Source of the DNA: Vulcanimicrobiota bacterium
GTDB taxonomy: Bacteria > Vulcanimicrobiota > Vulcanimicrobiia > Vulcanimicrobiales > Vulcanimicrobiaceae
Assembly: GCA_963695225.1 (NCBI GenBank)
Contig: OY968762.1
Span: 2,496,001 to 2,560,000, forward strand
Direction of reading: 5' to 3'
DNA: 64,000 nucleotides
The notes under the pieces were generated by a model. It was not told where the DNA came from. It saw only the letters and a list, made by a program, of their open reading frames with translations, and made no database searches. Shown here piece after piece: positions 47,001-57,643 of the stretch. The first letter of the stretch is position 1; each line of letters begins with the position of its first letter. The position numbers and the translations under genes were made by a program.

Positions 47001-48364
47001 CGCTGACGGCGAACCTCGGCGTCGATCGCATCCCGCCGAACAACCTCTCCGCGGAGATGGCCGTCCTCGGCTCGATCCTGGTCGATCGCGAGATGATGGC
47101 GGCCGTCAGCGAGATCGTGCAACCGGCCGATTTCTACGCGCACGTGCACGAGACGGTCTTCGCGACGTTGATCGCGCTCTACGATCGTGGCGAACCGCTC
47201 GACAAGATCACGGTCGCGGAAGAGTTGCGGCGCAACGGCCGGCTCGAGAAGGTCGGCGGCGTGCCGTACCTCACGCTGCTCATGGATACGGTTCCGACCG
47301 CCTCCTCGGCCGAGTACTACGCGAAGATCGTGCGCGAGAAAGCGGCATTGCGCGGTTTGATCCACGCCGGGACGCGCATCTCGCAACTCGGCTTCGAGAG
47401 CGAAGAAGACGTCGAGGGCGCGATCGATCAGAGCGAGCAGATCGTGTACGAAGTCGGCCGGCGGCAAGCGCGCGGCGATTTCGCCTCGGTCGAGAAATTG
47501 CTGAAGGGGACGTTCGAGCAGATCGACCGGCTCTATCAGAGCCGCGGCAACCGCACGGGGCTGACCTCGGGCTACCGCGACATCGACGACTATACCGCCG
47601 GCTTCCAACCCGGCAACTTCGTGATCCTCGCCGCGCGCCCGGCGATGGGCAAGACCTCGATCGCGTTGAACATGGCCGCGGCGATGGCGCGCGAGGAACA
47701 GAAGCCCGTCGCCGTCTTCTCCCTCGAGATGACGAACGAAGAGCTCGTGACGCGCCTGCTCTGTGCCGAAGCGCGCATCGATGCGCAACATCTGCGGCGC
47801 GGGAACATCAAGGATCACGAGTGGGACAAGATCTCGGAAGGGATGAGCATCCTCTCGCGGATGCCGATCTTCATCGACGATTCGGGCGCCGTGACCGTGA
47901 GCGAGATCCGCAGCCGGTGCCGCCGGCTGCAATCCGCCGAGGGCTTGGCGGCCGTGATCATCGACTACCTGCAGCTCGTGCGCCCGACGACGGCGACGCG
48001 CTCGCAGAATCGCAACGAAGAGCTCTCGGATATCTGCCGCACGCTCAAAGCGACGGCGAAGGATCTTGCCATTCCGATCATCGCGCTCGCGCAACTCAAT
48101 CGCGCCGTCGAATCGCGGAACGACAAACGGCCGATGCTCTCCGACCTGCGCGATTCGGGTTCGATCGAGCAAGAGGCCGACATGGTCGCGTTTCTCTACC
48201 GCGACGCGTACTACAATCCGGAGAGTTCCCCCGAGCCCGACCTCACCGAGTTCATCATCGCAAAGCAGCGCAACGGCCCGACGGGGACCGTCAAGCTACG
48301 CTTCCTGAAAGAGCACACGCTCTTCGTCCCGTACGGGGACGCTTCACATTTCAGCGGACCCTGA
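46997..48364 (+). CDS. dnaB: Replicative DNA helicase
   Basis: AARPAMGKT, FSLEM, IDYLQL, QLNR, DLRDSGSIEQEAD, KQRNGPTG. Confidence 0.97.
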   Translation: MTLTANLGVDRIPPNNLSAEMAVLGSILVDREMMAAVSEIVQPADFYAHVHETVFATLIALYDRGEPLDKITVAEELRRNGRLEKVGGVPYLTLLMDTVPTASSAEYYAKIVREKAALRGLIHAGTRISQLGFESEEDVEGAIDQSEQIVYEVGRRQARGDFASVEKLLKGTFEQIDRLYQSRGNRTGLTSGYRDIDDYTAGFQPGNFVILAARPAMGKTSIALNMAAAMAREEQKPVAVFSLEMTNEELVTRLLCAEARIDAQHLRRGNIKDHEWDKISEGMSILSRMPIFIDDSGAVTVSEIRSRCRRLQSAEGLAAVIIDYLQLVRPTTATRSQNRNEELSDICRTLKATAKDLAIPIIALAQLNRAVESRNDKRPMLSDLRDSGSIEQEADMVAFLYRDAYYNPESSPEPDLTEFIIAKQRNGPTGTVKLRFLKEHTLFVPYGDASHFSGP

Positions 48365-48375
48365 GCGCGCGGCGC

Positions 48376-48921
48376 TCAACCTTCGACGAGTTCGTGGACT
48401 TCCGGATCCCCGATCCCCGCGTGCAAGTAGGAGCGCGATAGCTCGACGTACTCTGGGGCGGCGATATCGAGCCAGTGTGCCGCCGCGCCCTCGAGCGCCT
48501 TCTTCACCTTCGCCGGGGCGCCCGCCGCGACGACCTCCGCCGGAATCTGCGCGTTCGCAGGGACGACGCTCCCCGCGCCGATGAGCGAGCGCCGCCCGAC
48601 GCGCGCGCCGTTGAGGACGACCGCGTTGCTCCCGATCAGCGCGCCGTCTTCGATGACGCAATCCTCCATGCAGGCGCAATGTCCGATCGTCACGTCGTTC
48701 CCGATGATCGTCTGGGAGTGTTCGCTGACGTGGATGACCGCGTTGTCCTGCACGCTCGTGCGAGCCCCGATGCGAATCGGTCCGTTGTCGGCGCGGATCA
48801 CCGTTCCGAACCAGATGCTCGAATGCTCCCCGATCTCCACGTCGCCGATCAGGATCGCGTTCGGCGCGACGAACGCCGTCGGATGGACTTGCGGCACTTT
48901 CCCACGGTACTCGATGAACAT
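48376..48921 (-). CDS. Gamma-carbonic-anhydrase family (YrdA-like) hexapeptide protein
   Basis: IGDVEIG..SSIW, QDNAVIH, VTIGH. Confidence 0.9.
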   Translation of the reverse strand: MFIEYRGKVPQVHPTAFVAPNAILIGDVEIGEHSSIWFGTVIRADNGPIRIGARTSVQDNAVIHVSEHSQTIIGNDVTIGHCACMEDCVIEDGALIGSNAVVLNGARVGRRSLIGAGSVVPANAQIPAEVVAAGAPAKVKKALEGAAAHWLDIAAPEYVELSRSYLHAGIGDPEVHELVEG

Positions 48922-49005
48922 GGCGGCTCCTCGGCGAAATCGATGCTCGAGCCCGTGTGAAGGCGGCCTCCCGAGCCAATTTCTGCCCGCCGCCGGAGGT
49001 CCCTC

Positions 49006-49263
49006 GTGAGCGAACACCGACACCAAACGGCGCTGCGCGGCGTAAAGGCGACGCCCAGGCCCGCACCGGGGAATCCGCTCTATTCCGACGTGAACTACGC
49101 GTACGCCGGCGTGGCGGGGCACGTGCACGAGGTCGTTACGATCGGCGGGCGCAAGCTTGCGAAGGTCGGCTTCGACGATCGCAAGATCGTCTATTACCTG
49201 CTGGACGATCTCGAACTCGACGAGGGTGCGAAGCGCGGGACGTTTCACGACGCCGACGCCTGA
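49006..49263 (+). CDS. Small hypothetical protein
   Basis: GGAGG RBS, 85 aa, beta-rich pattern, typical codon usage. Confidence 0.65.
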   Translation: MSEHRHQTALRGVKATPRPAPGNPLYSDVNYAYAGVAGHVHEVVTIGGRKLAKVGFDDRKIVYYLLDDLELDEGAKRGTFHDADA

Positions 49264-49283
49264 CGCCCCGGCGCGCCCGGCCC

Positions 49284-49727
49284 TCAGCGCTTTTCGAAGC
49301 GGCCGGTCTTCTCGTGCAGGCGGATGCGAAAAACGACGGCCGGCCCCGCCGGTTTCCGCTCGCTCCCGGCTTTGGCCGGCGAAGGATGCACGATGTCCGA
49401 CGTGATCAACGGCCGGATCCGTTCGACGATCATCGTCAGGCCGCGCAGCGCGTCATCGCCCGAGAGCTCTTCGTAGTGTCCCCAAGCGATCACGCTCTCC
49501 CAGTTCACGAGATCCCGCATGCGGTCGACTTCGAAGCACACGAGCGAGTTCTCTCGCATCATGCGCAGCTTGAGCCCGTCGTTGCTGTGGCAGTAGACGC
49601 TCGTGCCGTCGTAGGCATAGGTGATCGGAACCACGTACGTGCGCCCCGCGACGTGCATGCCGATCCGTCCGAGGATCGCGCTTTTCAGCACGCGCTCGAT
49701 CGACGCTTCGTCCAGGCTGTCGGGCAT
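49284..49727 (-). CDS. Pyridoxamine 5'-phosphate oxidase-like FMN-binding protein
   Basis: GRIG, YVVPITY, G.K, N..VCFEVD, WESVIAWG, KTGR. Confidence 0.88.
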   Translation of the reverse strand: MPDSLDEASIERVLKSAILGRIGMHVAGRTYVVPITYAYDGTSVYCHSNDGLKLRMMRENSLVCFEVDRMRDLVNWESVIAWGHYEELSGDDALRGLTMIVERIRPLITSDIVHPSPAKAGSERKPAGPAVVFRIRLHEKTGRFEKR

Positions 49728-49798
49728 CTCCAAGCTCCCCGAGCGTGCTACCCGCCGAGGCTACCGCGAACTCGCGAAGGGCATGTGAGTTCGCGCGT

Positions 49799-50272
49799 TC
49801 ATAGGTCGCGGTGCCAGCGGTCGACGCCCATGTCCGTTTCGGTGCGTTTCATTCCGCAGTGCGAGACCAAGATGGCGAACGGCTCGTTCTCGCTGACCGA
49901 GTAGGCGATCAAGTCGCGTACGCCGCGCGCCTGCAGCCCCGCGATCAGGTGGTCGACGAGCTGGTGCCCGACGCCGTGGTGGCGTGCTTCCGGGATCACG
50001 ATGATCGCGAGTTCCGCCTCGGCCCCTTCGACCGTCGCGTGGATGACGCCGACCGGCTCGCCATCGGACTCCGCGATGTAGGCCAGAGTGTCGGCTCCGC
50101 CGAGGTACCCGCTCAGTTCGGCTTCGGAGACGACGTTGACGTAGTGCAGGAAACGATAGTAACGGTCCCGGCTGCTCGAACGCTCCAGGATCTGCCGATA
50201 GGCCGGCCCGTCCGCGGGGCTCGCCTCGCGGATGCCGTTCCTCAACGGTGCAACGGACAAACTACCGACCAT
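49799..50272 (-). CDS. GNAT acetyltransferase (stand-alone, Pat-GNAT-like)
   Basis: RYYRF, AELAIIV, RHHGVG, EN motif. Confidence 0.8.
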   Translation of the reverse strand: MVGSLSVAPLRNGIREASPADGPAYRQILERSSSRDRYYRFLHYVNVVSEAELSGYLGGADTLAYIAESDGEPVGVIHATVEGAEAELAIIVIPEARHHGVGHQLVDHLIAGLQARGVRDLIAYSVSENEPFAILVSHCGMKRTETDMGVDRWHRDL

Positions 50273-50393
50273 CGTAAGACCGGGCCATCGCGTCTAGTGT
50301 ACCGGAGCGCCGGTGTCTTGATTCCTACGAAAGTCGGCGCGGAGGAGGCCTCCGGATAGGTCATCCGCCGGTCACGTGGGGAACGTCGAGTCC

Positions 50394-52229
50394 ATGCGCC
50401 GCCTCCTCCTTGCCCTTAGGACTACGATCCTCGCGGCGACGGTTGCCATTCTCGGGTATGCCGGCCCCTCGCAGGCCCAGATTCCGGCCGGGCTTCTCCC
50501 GATGGGCCCCCCGACCCCGATCGCGGACGTCCCCGCCGGCGTCCGCCGCGCAGGCAACCTGGAGATCACGACAGTTTCGTTCGATCACCAGCCGCTCTTC
50601 GCGATCGCGGGGCCGATCGTCCGGAACCGGCAAGATCCGGGAAATCTCGTCCCGGTCGAAGTACGCGGCGCGCAGATCGAGGACAATCTCCGGCAGGTCC
50701 TCATCGTCGATCCGAATCGCACGGTCTCGCTTTTCGGCGCGTACGATACCGTGTACGACCCGCGCACGTTCAACGTGGTGATCAAGAAGGTCGACAATGA
50801 AACGGTCCTCGTCGCGGGGGACGCCGCGCACGGCGACGACCTCACGTTGATGACCGTGACGGCGCTCGATGCCCTGTACTACGGCACGACGACCGACGAC
50901 TTGGCGAAGCGCCTCCAGCGCCAGCTCCACGACGTCTTGCTCGCCTCGCTTGCGAGCCGCCAGCCGGATCTCGTGCGCCGCCACGTCGCGCGCGTGCCGT
51001 GGATCCTCGGCGGGATGTTCGCACTCACGCTCGTGCTGTGGTTCGCGCGGATACGCGTGCGTGCGTGGCGCAAGCGCCTCGAAGCCGAGACGACCGACGA
51101 GATCGGGCGGGCGGCGGTCGACAAACGGCTCGACGTGGCCTCCATCCTGCAGTGGACGCTCGCATCGTTGCTCGCCGCAACGTGGCTGGGCGGCATCTTG
51201 TGGATCATGTCGCTGTTTCCGTCTACGGCGTTTCTCGCGCAACGTTTCTGGACGCAGTTGCTCTATCTCGTCTTGATCTGGTTCGTCGCGGGGCTCCTCG
51301 ACCGCATCGGGAACGTGCTGATGGCGCGCATCTCGGAAGCATGGCAGGCGCTCTTGCTGCGGCGGAGCGACTCCTCTCGCCGCGCGTTGCGCATCCCGAC
51401 GATCGTGCGCGCGCTCGAGGGGTTCAAGGCGCTCGTCATCTATCTCGTCGCGACGGGTTTCAGCCTGAAGTTGCTGGGTCTCCCGAGCGCCTCCGTGCTG
51501 ACCGTGGGTGCGCTGCTCGCGCTCGCGCTTTCATTCGCCGCGCAGAGCATCGTCAAGGACCTGACGACCGGGTTTCTGATCCTCTCCGAGGACCAGTTCG
51601 CAATCGGCGACATCGTGACGATCGGCACGGTTTCGGGGACGGTCGAGAATCTGAATCTGCGCATCACGCAAGTGCGCGATACTGCCGGCAATCTGATCAC
51701 GATCCCCAACAGCCAGATCACGATCGTGCAGAACGCGACGCGAACCTGGTCGCGGGTTGATTTTGCGATCGACATCGCAAGCGATACCGACGTCGAACGC
51801 GGGTTGAAGGCGCTTACCGAGGTCGCGCATGCGCTCTACGAAGATCCCGAATGGTATCCGCAGATCGTCGAGCCGCCGAGCATCCTCGGCGTCGACGGGA
51901 TCTCGCCGGCCGGCATCACGCTACGGTTGTGGATCGTCACCGCCCCGGCGCAGCAGTACGCGGTGCGTCGCGAGCTTATCCGCCGCGTGCTGCTCGCTTT
52001 CCACGAACGCGACATCCCGCTCGGCATTCCGCAGCAAGTCGTGCACGACGCGGTCCCGCCGAGCCGGGTTCCGCCGGCCGCGGCTCCCGCGCCGGCGCCG
52101 GAGGTCCGGGCCCGCGGCACGAAGGGGCCAGTTGCCCCGAACGGGCCGCCCGCGGCGCCGGACGTGCCGGCGGCTGCGGGAAAGGCCGGCGGTGCCGAGC
52201 CGCCCGCGAGCGAGCGGGCGCGTTCGTGA
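50394..52229 (+). CDS. MscS-family mechanosensitive channel with N-terminal extracytoplasmic domain
   Basis: AAQSIVKD...GF.IL.EDQF.IGD, GTVE...LR.T..R, IPNSQI..V.N. Confidence 0.9.
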   Translation: MRRLLLALRTTILAATVAILGYAGPSQAQIPAGLLPMGPPTPIADVPAGVRRAGNLEITTVSFDHQPLFAIAGPIVRNRQDPGNLVPVEVRGAQIEDNLRQVLIVDPNRTVSLFGAYDTVYDPRTFNVVIKKVDNETVLVAGDAAHGDDLTLMTVTALDALYYGTTTDDLAKRLQRQLHDVLLASLASRQPDLVRRHVARVPWILGGMFALTLVLWFARIRVRAWRKRLEAETTDEIGRAAVDKRLDVASILQWTLASLLAATWLGGILWIMSLFPSTAFLAQRFWTQLLYLVLIWFVAGLLDRIGNVLMARISEAWQALLLRRSDSSRRALRIPTIVRALEGFKALVIYLVATGFSLKLLGLPSASVLTVGALLALALSFAAQSIVKDLTTGFLILSEDQFAIGDIVTIGTVSGTVENLNLRITQVRDTAGNLITIPNSQITIVQNATRTWSRVDFAIDIASDTDVERGLKALTEVAHALYEDPEWYPQIVEPPSILGVDGISPAGITLRLWIVTAPAQQYAVRRELIRRVLLAFHERDIPLGIPQQVVHDAVPPSRVPPAAAPAPAPEVRARGTKGPVAPNGPPAAPDVPAAAGKAGGAEPPASERARS

Positions 52230-52348
52230 CGAGGGCCGATCGCCTCGCAGGGAGGGGGCGCTCGCGAAGCTACCAAAAGGGACGGACGGCGGATCGTTGA
52301 ATCCGCAGGAGCCGCTGCGGGTCCGCCGCGGCGCTTCCTCGATGTGAT

Positions 52349-52424
52349 GCCGACGTAGCTCAGTTGGTAGAGCAGCTGATTCGTAATCAGCAGGTCAGCG
52401 GTTCAAGTCCGCTCGTCGGCTCCA
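52349..52424 (+). tRNA. tRNA-Thr (CGT)
   Basis: 76-nt cloverleaf, anticodon loop TTCGTAA, GGTTCAAGTCC T-arm, encoded CCA. Confidence 0.97.
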
Positions 52425-52462
52425 GAAAAAGCCCGCCTTTGCGGGCTTTTCTCTTTAATTTT
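52424..52462 (+). terminator. Intrinsic terminator (possibly bidirectional)
   Basis: AAAAA-GCCCGC-cttt-GCGGGC-TTTT. Confidence 0.85.
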
Positions 52463-52565
52463 AGGGCCTCGCCGACGAGCGGCCCCGGTTGCGATGATCT
52501 CAGGACAATTCGAGCGAGCTATCGAACGGGCTGAACATCACTCTCGTGACGACTCCCCAAAGAGT

Positions 52566-53291
52566 ATGTCCCCCTCGCCCGATTTGCTGCGCATGTCGAT
52601 AGCCCCGGTCCCGCGCGACGGCGTCAGCCGCCCGCGCCAGATCGCGGTACGCCTTCGCGAGCAGTTCCTCGCCGGCTCGCTGCGGCCGGGCGACCGCGTC
52701 CCCTCGGAGCGCGAGCTTGCACGCACGCTGCACGTCAGCCGCGCCGCGCTCCGTGAGGGGTTGCGGATCCTCGAAACCGAGGGTCTGCTCAAGATCGTGC
52801 ACGGGCGCGGCGCATACGTCGTGGGCGTCCCCGTGCGGGCGCCGCTCACGCGAACGGCCGCCACGGCGCCGACGGCCATCTCGAAGGAAATCGTCGATCT
52901 GATGAACGTGCGCCGCATCCTCGAACCGGAGGCGGCTGCGCTGGCGGCGCGTCACATTCGGCGGCCGGAGGTGGCGGCGCTACGCAGGATATGCGAGCGC
53001 GCTCAAGCGTTGCTGAGCCGTGAGCATCCGCCGATCGATCGATTGACGGAGTTGAACCGCAAGTTCCATCTCGCGATTTCCGGCGCTTGCGGAAACGCTA
53101 TGATCAAGCGCGTCGTCGCCGGGATGCTCGCAGTGCAGGTCGAGGACCGTCATCTCTTCAGGGAGCGGTTGGAGCGGCACCGCAAGAGCTGGTGCGATGA
53201 CGGCGAGCATCTCCTCATCGTGCAGGCGATCGTCGCCGGCGAAGCCGAGGCGGCGCGTGCGTTCATGGCGGCGCACCTCCGCTACGATTGA
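52566..53291 (+). CDS. GntR/FadR-family regulator
   Basis: PGDRVPSERELA..L.VSR...RE; FCD domain with FH and EH; start uncertain. Confidence 0.9.
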   Translation: MSPSPDLLRMSIAPVPRDGVSRPRQIAVRLREQFLAGSLRPGDRVPSERELARTLHVSRAALREGLRILETEGLLKIVHGRGAYVVGVPVRAPLTRTAATAPTAISKEIVDLMNVRRILEPEAAALAARHIRRPEVAALRRICERAQALLSREHPPIDRLTELNRKFHLAISGACGNAMIKRVVAGMLAVQVEDRHLFRERLERHRKSWCDDGEHLLIVQAIVAGEAEAARAFMAAHLRYD

Positions 53292-53593
53292 TCCGAAGCG
53301 CTGCCGCGGCGCCGCGTTCTCCGTAACGCGCCGCGCCACGTCGCTTAGACCCCCGGACCGAGTCTCCTCACCGGATCTTCCGCCGGTACGTCCGCTCTCT
53401 TTTGCTTGCCTCTCGCGGCGGGGCGCACGCAGCCCCGCCGGGCTCTCCGTTGCAGGCTCAGTCTACTCGCCGCGCGTCCGGAAAGCGTCCAGGGAATATC
53501 GTGCGATTTCTGCTGAAGATTCGTTCGTTCGCTACGCGTATCGAATCGAGCAGGCGCCTATCGTGAGAACAACGCGAGGCCGTTGAAGGCTCG

Positions 53594-53833
53594 CTATAGG
53601 TTGGCGATATGCTCGCCCGTTCGCGGATCTACGGGTCTCGCGAAATCATCGCCTGCGCCGTGCAGGCAAGCGTTCGGGCATTCCGTCGAAAGCGCCGTGC
53701 AATACGTCGGCGGCGCCGTGATGCCTACGACTCCCCGTTCGTCGGCGACGATCGAGAGCGCCTGTATAACGGTGACGAACTCGCCCGTGAGAGCGCACCG
53801 GAATCGTTTCTCTTCGACCTTCTGACGGATCAT
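53594..53833 (-). CDS. Small Cys-containing hypothetical protein
   Basis: AGGGAG RBS; 79 aa with four Cys. Confidence 0.55.
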   Translation of the reverse strand: MIRQKVEEKRFRCALTGEFVTVIQALSIVADERGVVGITAPPTYCTALSTECPNACLHGAGDDFARPVDPRTGEHIANL

Positions 53834-54102
53834 GCGAGGTGACTCCCTGGATTGTTCGGGCCGATTCTGCAGCGAGCGCGTGCGCGCCCTCTCGTTCGGC
53901 GTCACACGTACTACGACGCGGAACATGCGCGCGATTAGGTGCAGCAAATGCATGTGCTCGAGCGAACGAAATTAGGCCCATTTGCTCATGCAATTCGTGC
54001 GATAACTCCCAAACGCGGCGGCGGGTGCGCGCGCGCAACGCAAGCAAGGGAGAGAACACCTATCTGTAGGTTATTTGAGGATCGCGGGGTTTCCGTCTGA
54101 TC

Positions 54103-55944
54103 ATGCGTATGCGTCACGTCGTTTCGTCATTGGTGCTTGCAACGAGCCTCGCGGTCGCGGCCGGCTGCGGGGGCGGGGGCGGGAGCAGCCCGGGGAGCCC
54201 GTCGACCGCAGGGCCGACTGCCACGCCGACGGCGATGGGGACCGGAGGGGCGACCGCCACGCCGACGCCGGTGAAAACGGGGAGCCCGAGCCCGAGCCCG
54301 TCCCCGACGAGGTCGCCGTCGCCGTCGCCCTCGCCCTCGCCTTCACCCTCACCCAGCCCGACGCCGTCCTCGACGTCGAGCCCCATCGCGATGTTCGACG
54401 TGACGACGTACGCGTACAACAACGCGCGCACGGGGGAGAGCTCGGATACGACGATTTCCCCGGCCAACGCCGGAACGCTCGCGGTGGCCTGGCACAGCAC
54501 CGGGGTCGGGTACGAGACGCAACCGCTCGTCGCGACGCACGTGACGAACGTGATCTCCGACGGAGGGACGCACAACATCGTCTACGTCGGCGAGTTCGGC
54601 ACGTTCACCGCGTTGGATGCGAACTCGGGCGCTACGCTCTGGACGAAAACGCTACCGCAGGGCCAGCAGATCTGCGAAGGCGCATCCGCCGCGCCGTTCG
54701 GCATCTCCGGCACGCCGGTCATCGACAGAACCTCGAACGTGATCTACGTTCCGGACGGCGTCCATCAGATTCACGCGCTCGACCTCGCGACGGGCGGCGA
54801 AAAGGCCGGCTGGCCGGTCGATCTCGTCGCCACCGGCAGCGACGACGGCAGCTCGAGCGACCTGCGCGAGTTCCTCCATACAGCGCTCACGCTCGTGAAC
54901 GGCAAGATCTATGCCGGGACGTCGTCGACGTGCGATCTGACGCCGTGGAAGGGCCGCGTCGCGATTATCGACGTCGCCAGCCACACGCTGCAAACGACGT
55001 TCTTCCCCGTCTTCGGGCAAGGCGGCAACAACTACAGCGGCGGCGGCGTCTGGGGTTGGGGCGGCGTTTCGTACGACGGCAGCGCGGTCTATGCGGGCGT
55101 CGGCAACGCTGATACGAACCCGCAGAGCGGGTCGTTCAAGAATACGTCGGACGAAACGGTCGGCTATGGCGAGCACATCCTCCGCCTATCGACGGACCTC
55201 TCGACCGTGCTGGATGCGAACATCCCGATCGTCGTGCCGAATCCGGCGGACGCTTCCGACATCGATCTCAGCGGCACGCCCGTGCTCTTCCAGCCGCCGG
55301 GGTGCAACCCGCTCTTGGCCGTGCAAGGCAAAGCCGGCTTCCTGATGATCTACAACCGGACCAACCTCACCGCGGGACCGATCTTCAAGGCACAGTTCTC
55401 GGAGAGCACCGACGTGTCACACTATATCGGGAACCCCGCGTACTCCTCGCGAACGGGCTACCTCTACGCTTCCGTCGCGAACGGCTACGGCGGCTACCTG
55501 CCGGGCATGGTGATTCTCAAGCCGGTCAACGGATGCAGCACGTTCCAAGTCGTTGCGAATCCCGCGTTCGGGCCGGATTCCATCACCATGGAGGCCGGGT
55601 CCGGGAACGCATACCCGCGGTCGGCGCTGACCGTCGCGAACGGCGTCGCCTTCATCGGCACGCCGGACGGCGTGCTCTGGGCCCGCGACGCCGTGACCGG
55701 AGCGGCGCTCTGGGATAGCAATAGCGGGGGCGCGTGGGCTAGGAACGCGTCCGCGACGGGCGACCAAATCCGCATGGGGCCCGTCGTGACCGGTGGCTGG
55801 GTGTACGTCGTCGAGCTCAACAGCGGAACGCTCTGGGCGCTCAGGGCGAGCGGATCGACTTCGTCCAGCTATCTACGGCGCGGCATCATGACCCAACCGC
55901 TCCCCGCCCCGCCGATCATCCACCAGCCGATCCGGCGGCACTAG
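54103..55944 (+). CDS. Lipoprotein with Ser/Pro/Thr linker and PQQ-like beta-propeller
   Basis: Lipobox AAGC, SPSPSP linker, ALDA.SG..LW repeats. Confidence 0.85.
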   Translation: MRMRHVVSSLVLATSLAVAAGCGGGGGSSPGSPSTAGPTATPTAMGTGGATATPTPVKTGSPSPSPSPTRSPSPSPSPSPSPSPSPTPSSTSSPIAMFDVTTYAYNNARTGESSDTTISPANAGTLAVAWHSTGVGYETQPLVATHVTNVISDGGTHNIVYVGEFGTFTALDANSGATLWTKTLPQGQQICEGASAAPFGISGTPVIDRTSNVIYVPDGVHQIHALDLATGGEKAGWPVDLVATGSDDGSSSDLREFLHTALTLVNGKIYAGTSSTCDLTPWKGRVAIIDVASHTLQTTFFPVFGQGGNNYSGGGVWGWGGVSYDGSAVYAGVGNADTNPQSGSFKNTSDETVGYGEHILRLSTDLSTVLDANIPIVVPNPADASDIDLSGTPVLFQPPGCNPLLAVQGKAGFLMIYNRTNLTAGPIFKAQFSESTDVSHYIGNPAYSSRTGYLYASVANGYGGYLPGMVILKPVNGCSTFQVVANPAFGPDSITMEAGSGNAYPRSALTVANGVAFIGTPDGVLWARDAVTGAALWDSNSGGAWARNASATGDQIRMGPVVTGGWVYVVELNSGTLWALRASGSTSSSYLRRGIMTQPLPAPPIIHQPIRRH

Positions 55945-56178
55945 CAGGCCGGATCCGGCCGCCGGGCGCGCAAGTGCGCGGCCTGGCGGCCGGGTTTCGC
56001 GGGCGTAGCCGCGCGCACGCGGCCTTGCCGGCGCCGCGCGTTTCGCGCGATCCGAAGAAGATTCGGCGAATCGCGAAGAGCCTCGCGTCCGAGGTCGAAT
56101 TGCGCTCGAGCGCCTCCCGTTGCCCGTTCCGGCGGCAGGTCACAGCAAGACGGACCCACCGATGAGAAAATCTCCTAG

Positions 56179-57606
56179 ATGAAAACCTCCCCGACGATCA
56201 TTCAAGGCGGCATGGGTGCCGGCGTTTCCAATTGGCGGCTCGCGCAGGCGGTGTCGCGCATAGGCCAACTCGGCGTGGTTTCCGGGACGGCGCTCGATCA
56301 GATCTTCGCGCGGCGGCTGCAGGACGGCGACCTCGGCGGACACATGCGCCGGGCGATCGAGCGATTTCCGTTCCCGAAGATGGCGCAGCGCATCTGGGAC
56401 AAGTACTTCGTCCCGCAAGGCAAGGGGAAGGACGAGTCATACAAGACGCTTCCGATGTTCGAAAAAGAGACCCCGCGCGATCTCGCGGAACTCTGCATCG
56501 TTTCGAACTTCGTCGAAGTCGATCTCGCCCGCGAAGGGCACGACAACCCCGTCGGGATGAACTACCTCGAGAAGATCCAAATGCCGCATCTGCCGTCGCT
56601 CTACGGCGCGATGCTCGCCGGCGTCGGCTACGTCTTGATGGGAGCGGGGATCCCGATCAAGATCCCCGATGCAATCGACAAGTTCGTCCATCACGAACCC
56701 GCGACGTATCCGCTGCACGTCACCGGCGCCGAGGAAGGCGACGACACGACGATGACGTTCTCGCCGCTGGATTACATGGAGCGCGCGCTGCCCGAGCTCG
56801 TGCGCCCGAAGTTCCTCGCGATCGTTTCGAGCATCACTCTCGCCGTTTCGATGCTGAAGCGGACCGAGGGGCGCATCGACGGTTTCGTCGTCGAGGGGCC
56901 CACGGCCGGCGGCCATAACGCGCCGCCGCGCGGGAAGCTCCAGATCGACGAGGCCGGCGAAGCGGTCTACGGCGAGCGCGACAAGGTCGACCTCTCGAAG
57001 ATGCGCGAGCTCGGCAAACCGTTCTGGCTCGCCGGCGGATACGGCACGCCCGAGAAGGTGCGCGAAGCGCTCGACGCCGGGGCGGAGGGCGTCCAAGTCG
57101 GGACCGCCTTTGCGTTTTGCGCCGAATCCGGTATGCGCGAAGACTACAAGAAGGCGCTATTGGAGAAAGTCGCGGCGCACGACGCCAGCGTCTTCACCGA
57201 TCCGCTCGCCTCGCCGACGAGCTTCCCGTTCAAGGTCGCCCGGCTGGAAGGGACGATCTCGGAGCCCGACGTCTTCGAAAGCCGCGCGCGCATCTGCGAT
57301 TTGGGATACTTGCGCGAAGCGTACAAGACCAAGCGTGGCACGATCGCGTACCGCTGCTCCGCCGAACCGCCTTCGCTCTACGTCTCGAAGGGCGGCAAGA
57401 TCGAGAACACCGTTGGGAAGAAGTGCATCTGCAACGCGTTGGTCGCGACGATCGGGCATCCGCAGGTCCGCAAGGGGAACCGCATCGAGGCGGGGATCGT
57501 GACCTCCGGGAACGACCTCACCGAAATGGGCCGCTTCTTGCCTGCGGAAGGTTTGGAATACAGCGCCGCGGACGTCGTGGAGAAGCTCCTCAGCGAAGTC
57601 GCCTGA
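56179..57606 (+). CDS. Nitronate monooxygenase / FabK-like flavoprotein
   Basis: IIQGGMG, EGPTAGGH, LAGG, GVQVGTAF. Confidence 0.88.
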   Translation: MKTSPTIIQGGMGAGVSNWRLAQAVSRIGQLGVVSGTALDQIFARRLQDGDLGGHMRRAIERFPFPKMAQRIWDKYFVPQGKGKDESYKTLPMFEKETPRDLAELCIVSNFVEVDLAREGHDNPVGMNYLEKIQMPHLPSLYGAMLAGVGYVLMGAGIPIKIPDAIDKFVHHEPATYPLHVTGAEEGDDTTMTFSPLDYMERALPELVRPKFLAIVSSITLAVSMLKRTEGRIDGFVVEGPTAGGHNAPPRGKLQIDEAGEAVYGERDKVDLSKMRELGKPFWLAGGYGTPEKVREALDAGAEGVQVGTAFAFCAESGMREDYKKALLEKVAAHDASVFTDPLASPTSFPFKVARLEGTISEPDVFESRARICDLGYLREAYKTKRGTIAYRCSAEPPSLYVSKGGKIENTVGKKCICNALVATIGHPQVRKGNRIEAGIVTSGNDLTEMGRFLPAEGLEYSAADVVEKLLSEVA

Positions 57607-57643
57607 AGGCCTAACGTCGTTCGACGTCCCATATTCTTGCCTC

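Noticed and set aside
52349..52424. tRNA-Thr as an integration site
   Set aside because: I saw no duplicated tRNA 3' end and no integrase in the window
54289..54360. Hexamer tandem repeats
   Set aside because: They encode the Ser-Pro linker of the lipoprotein
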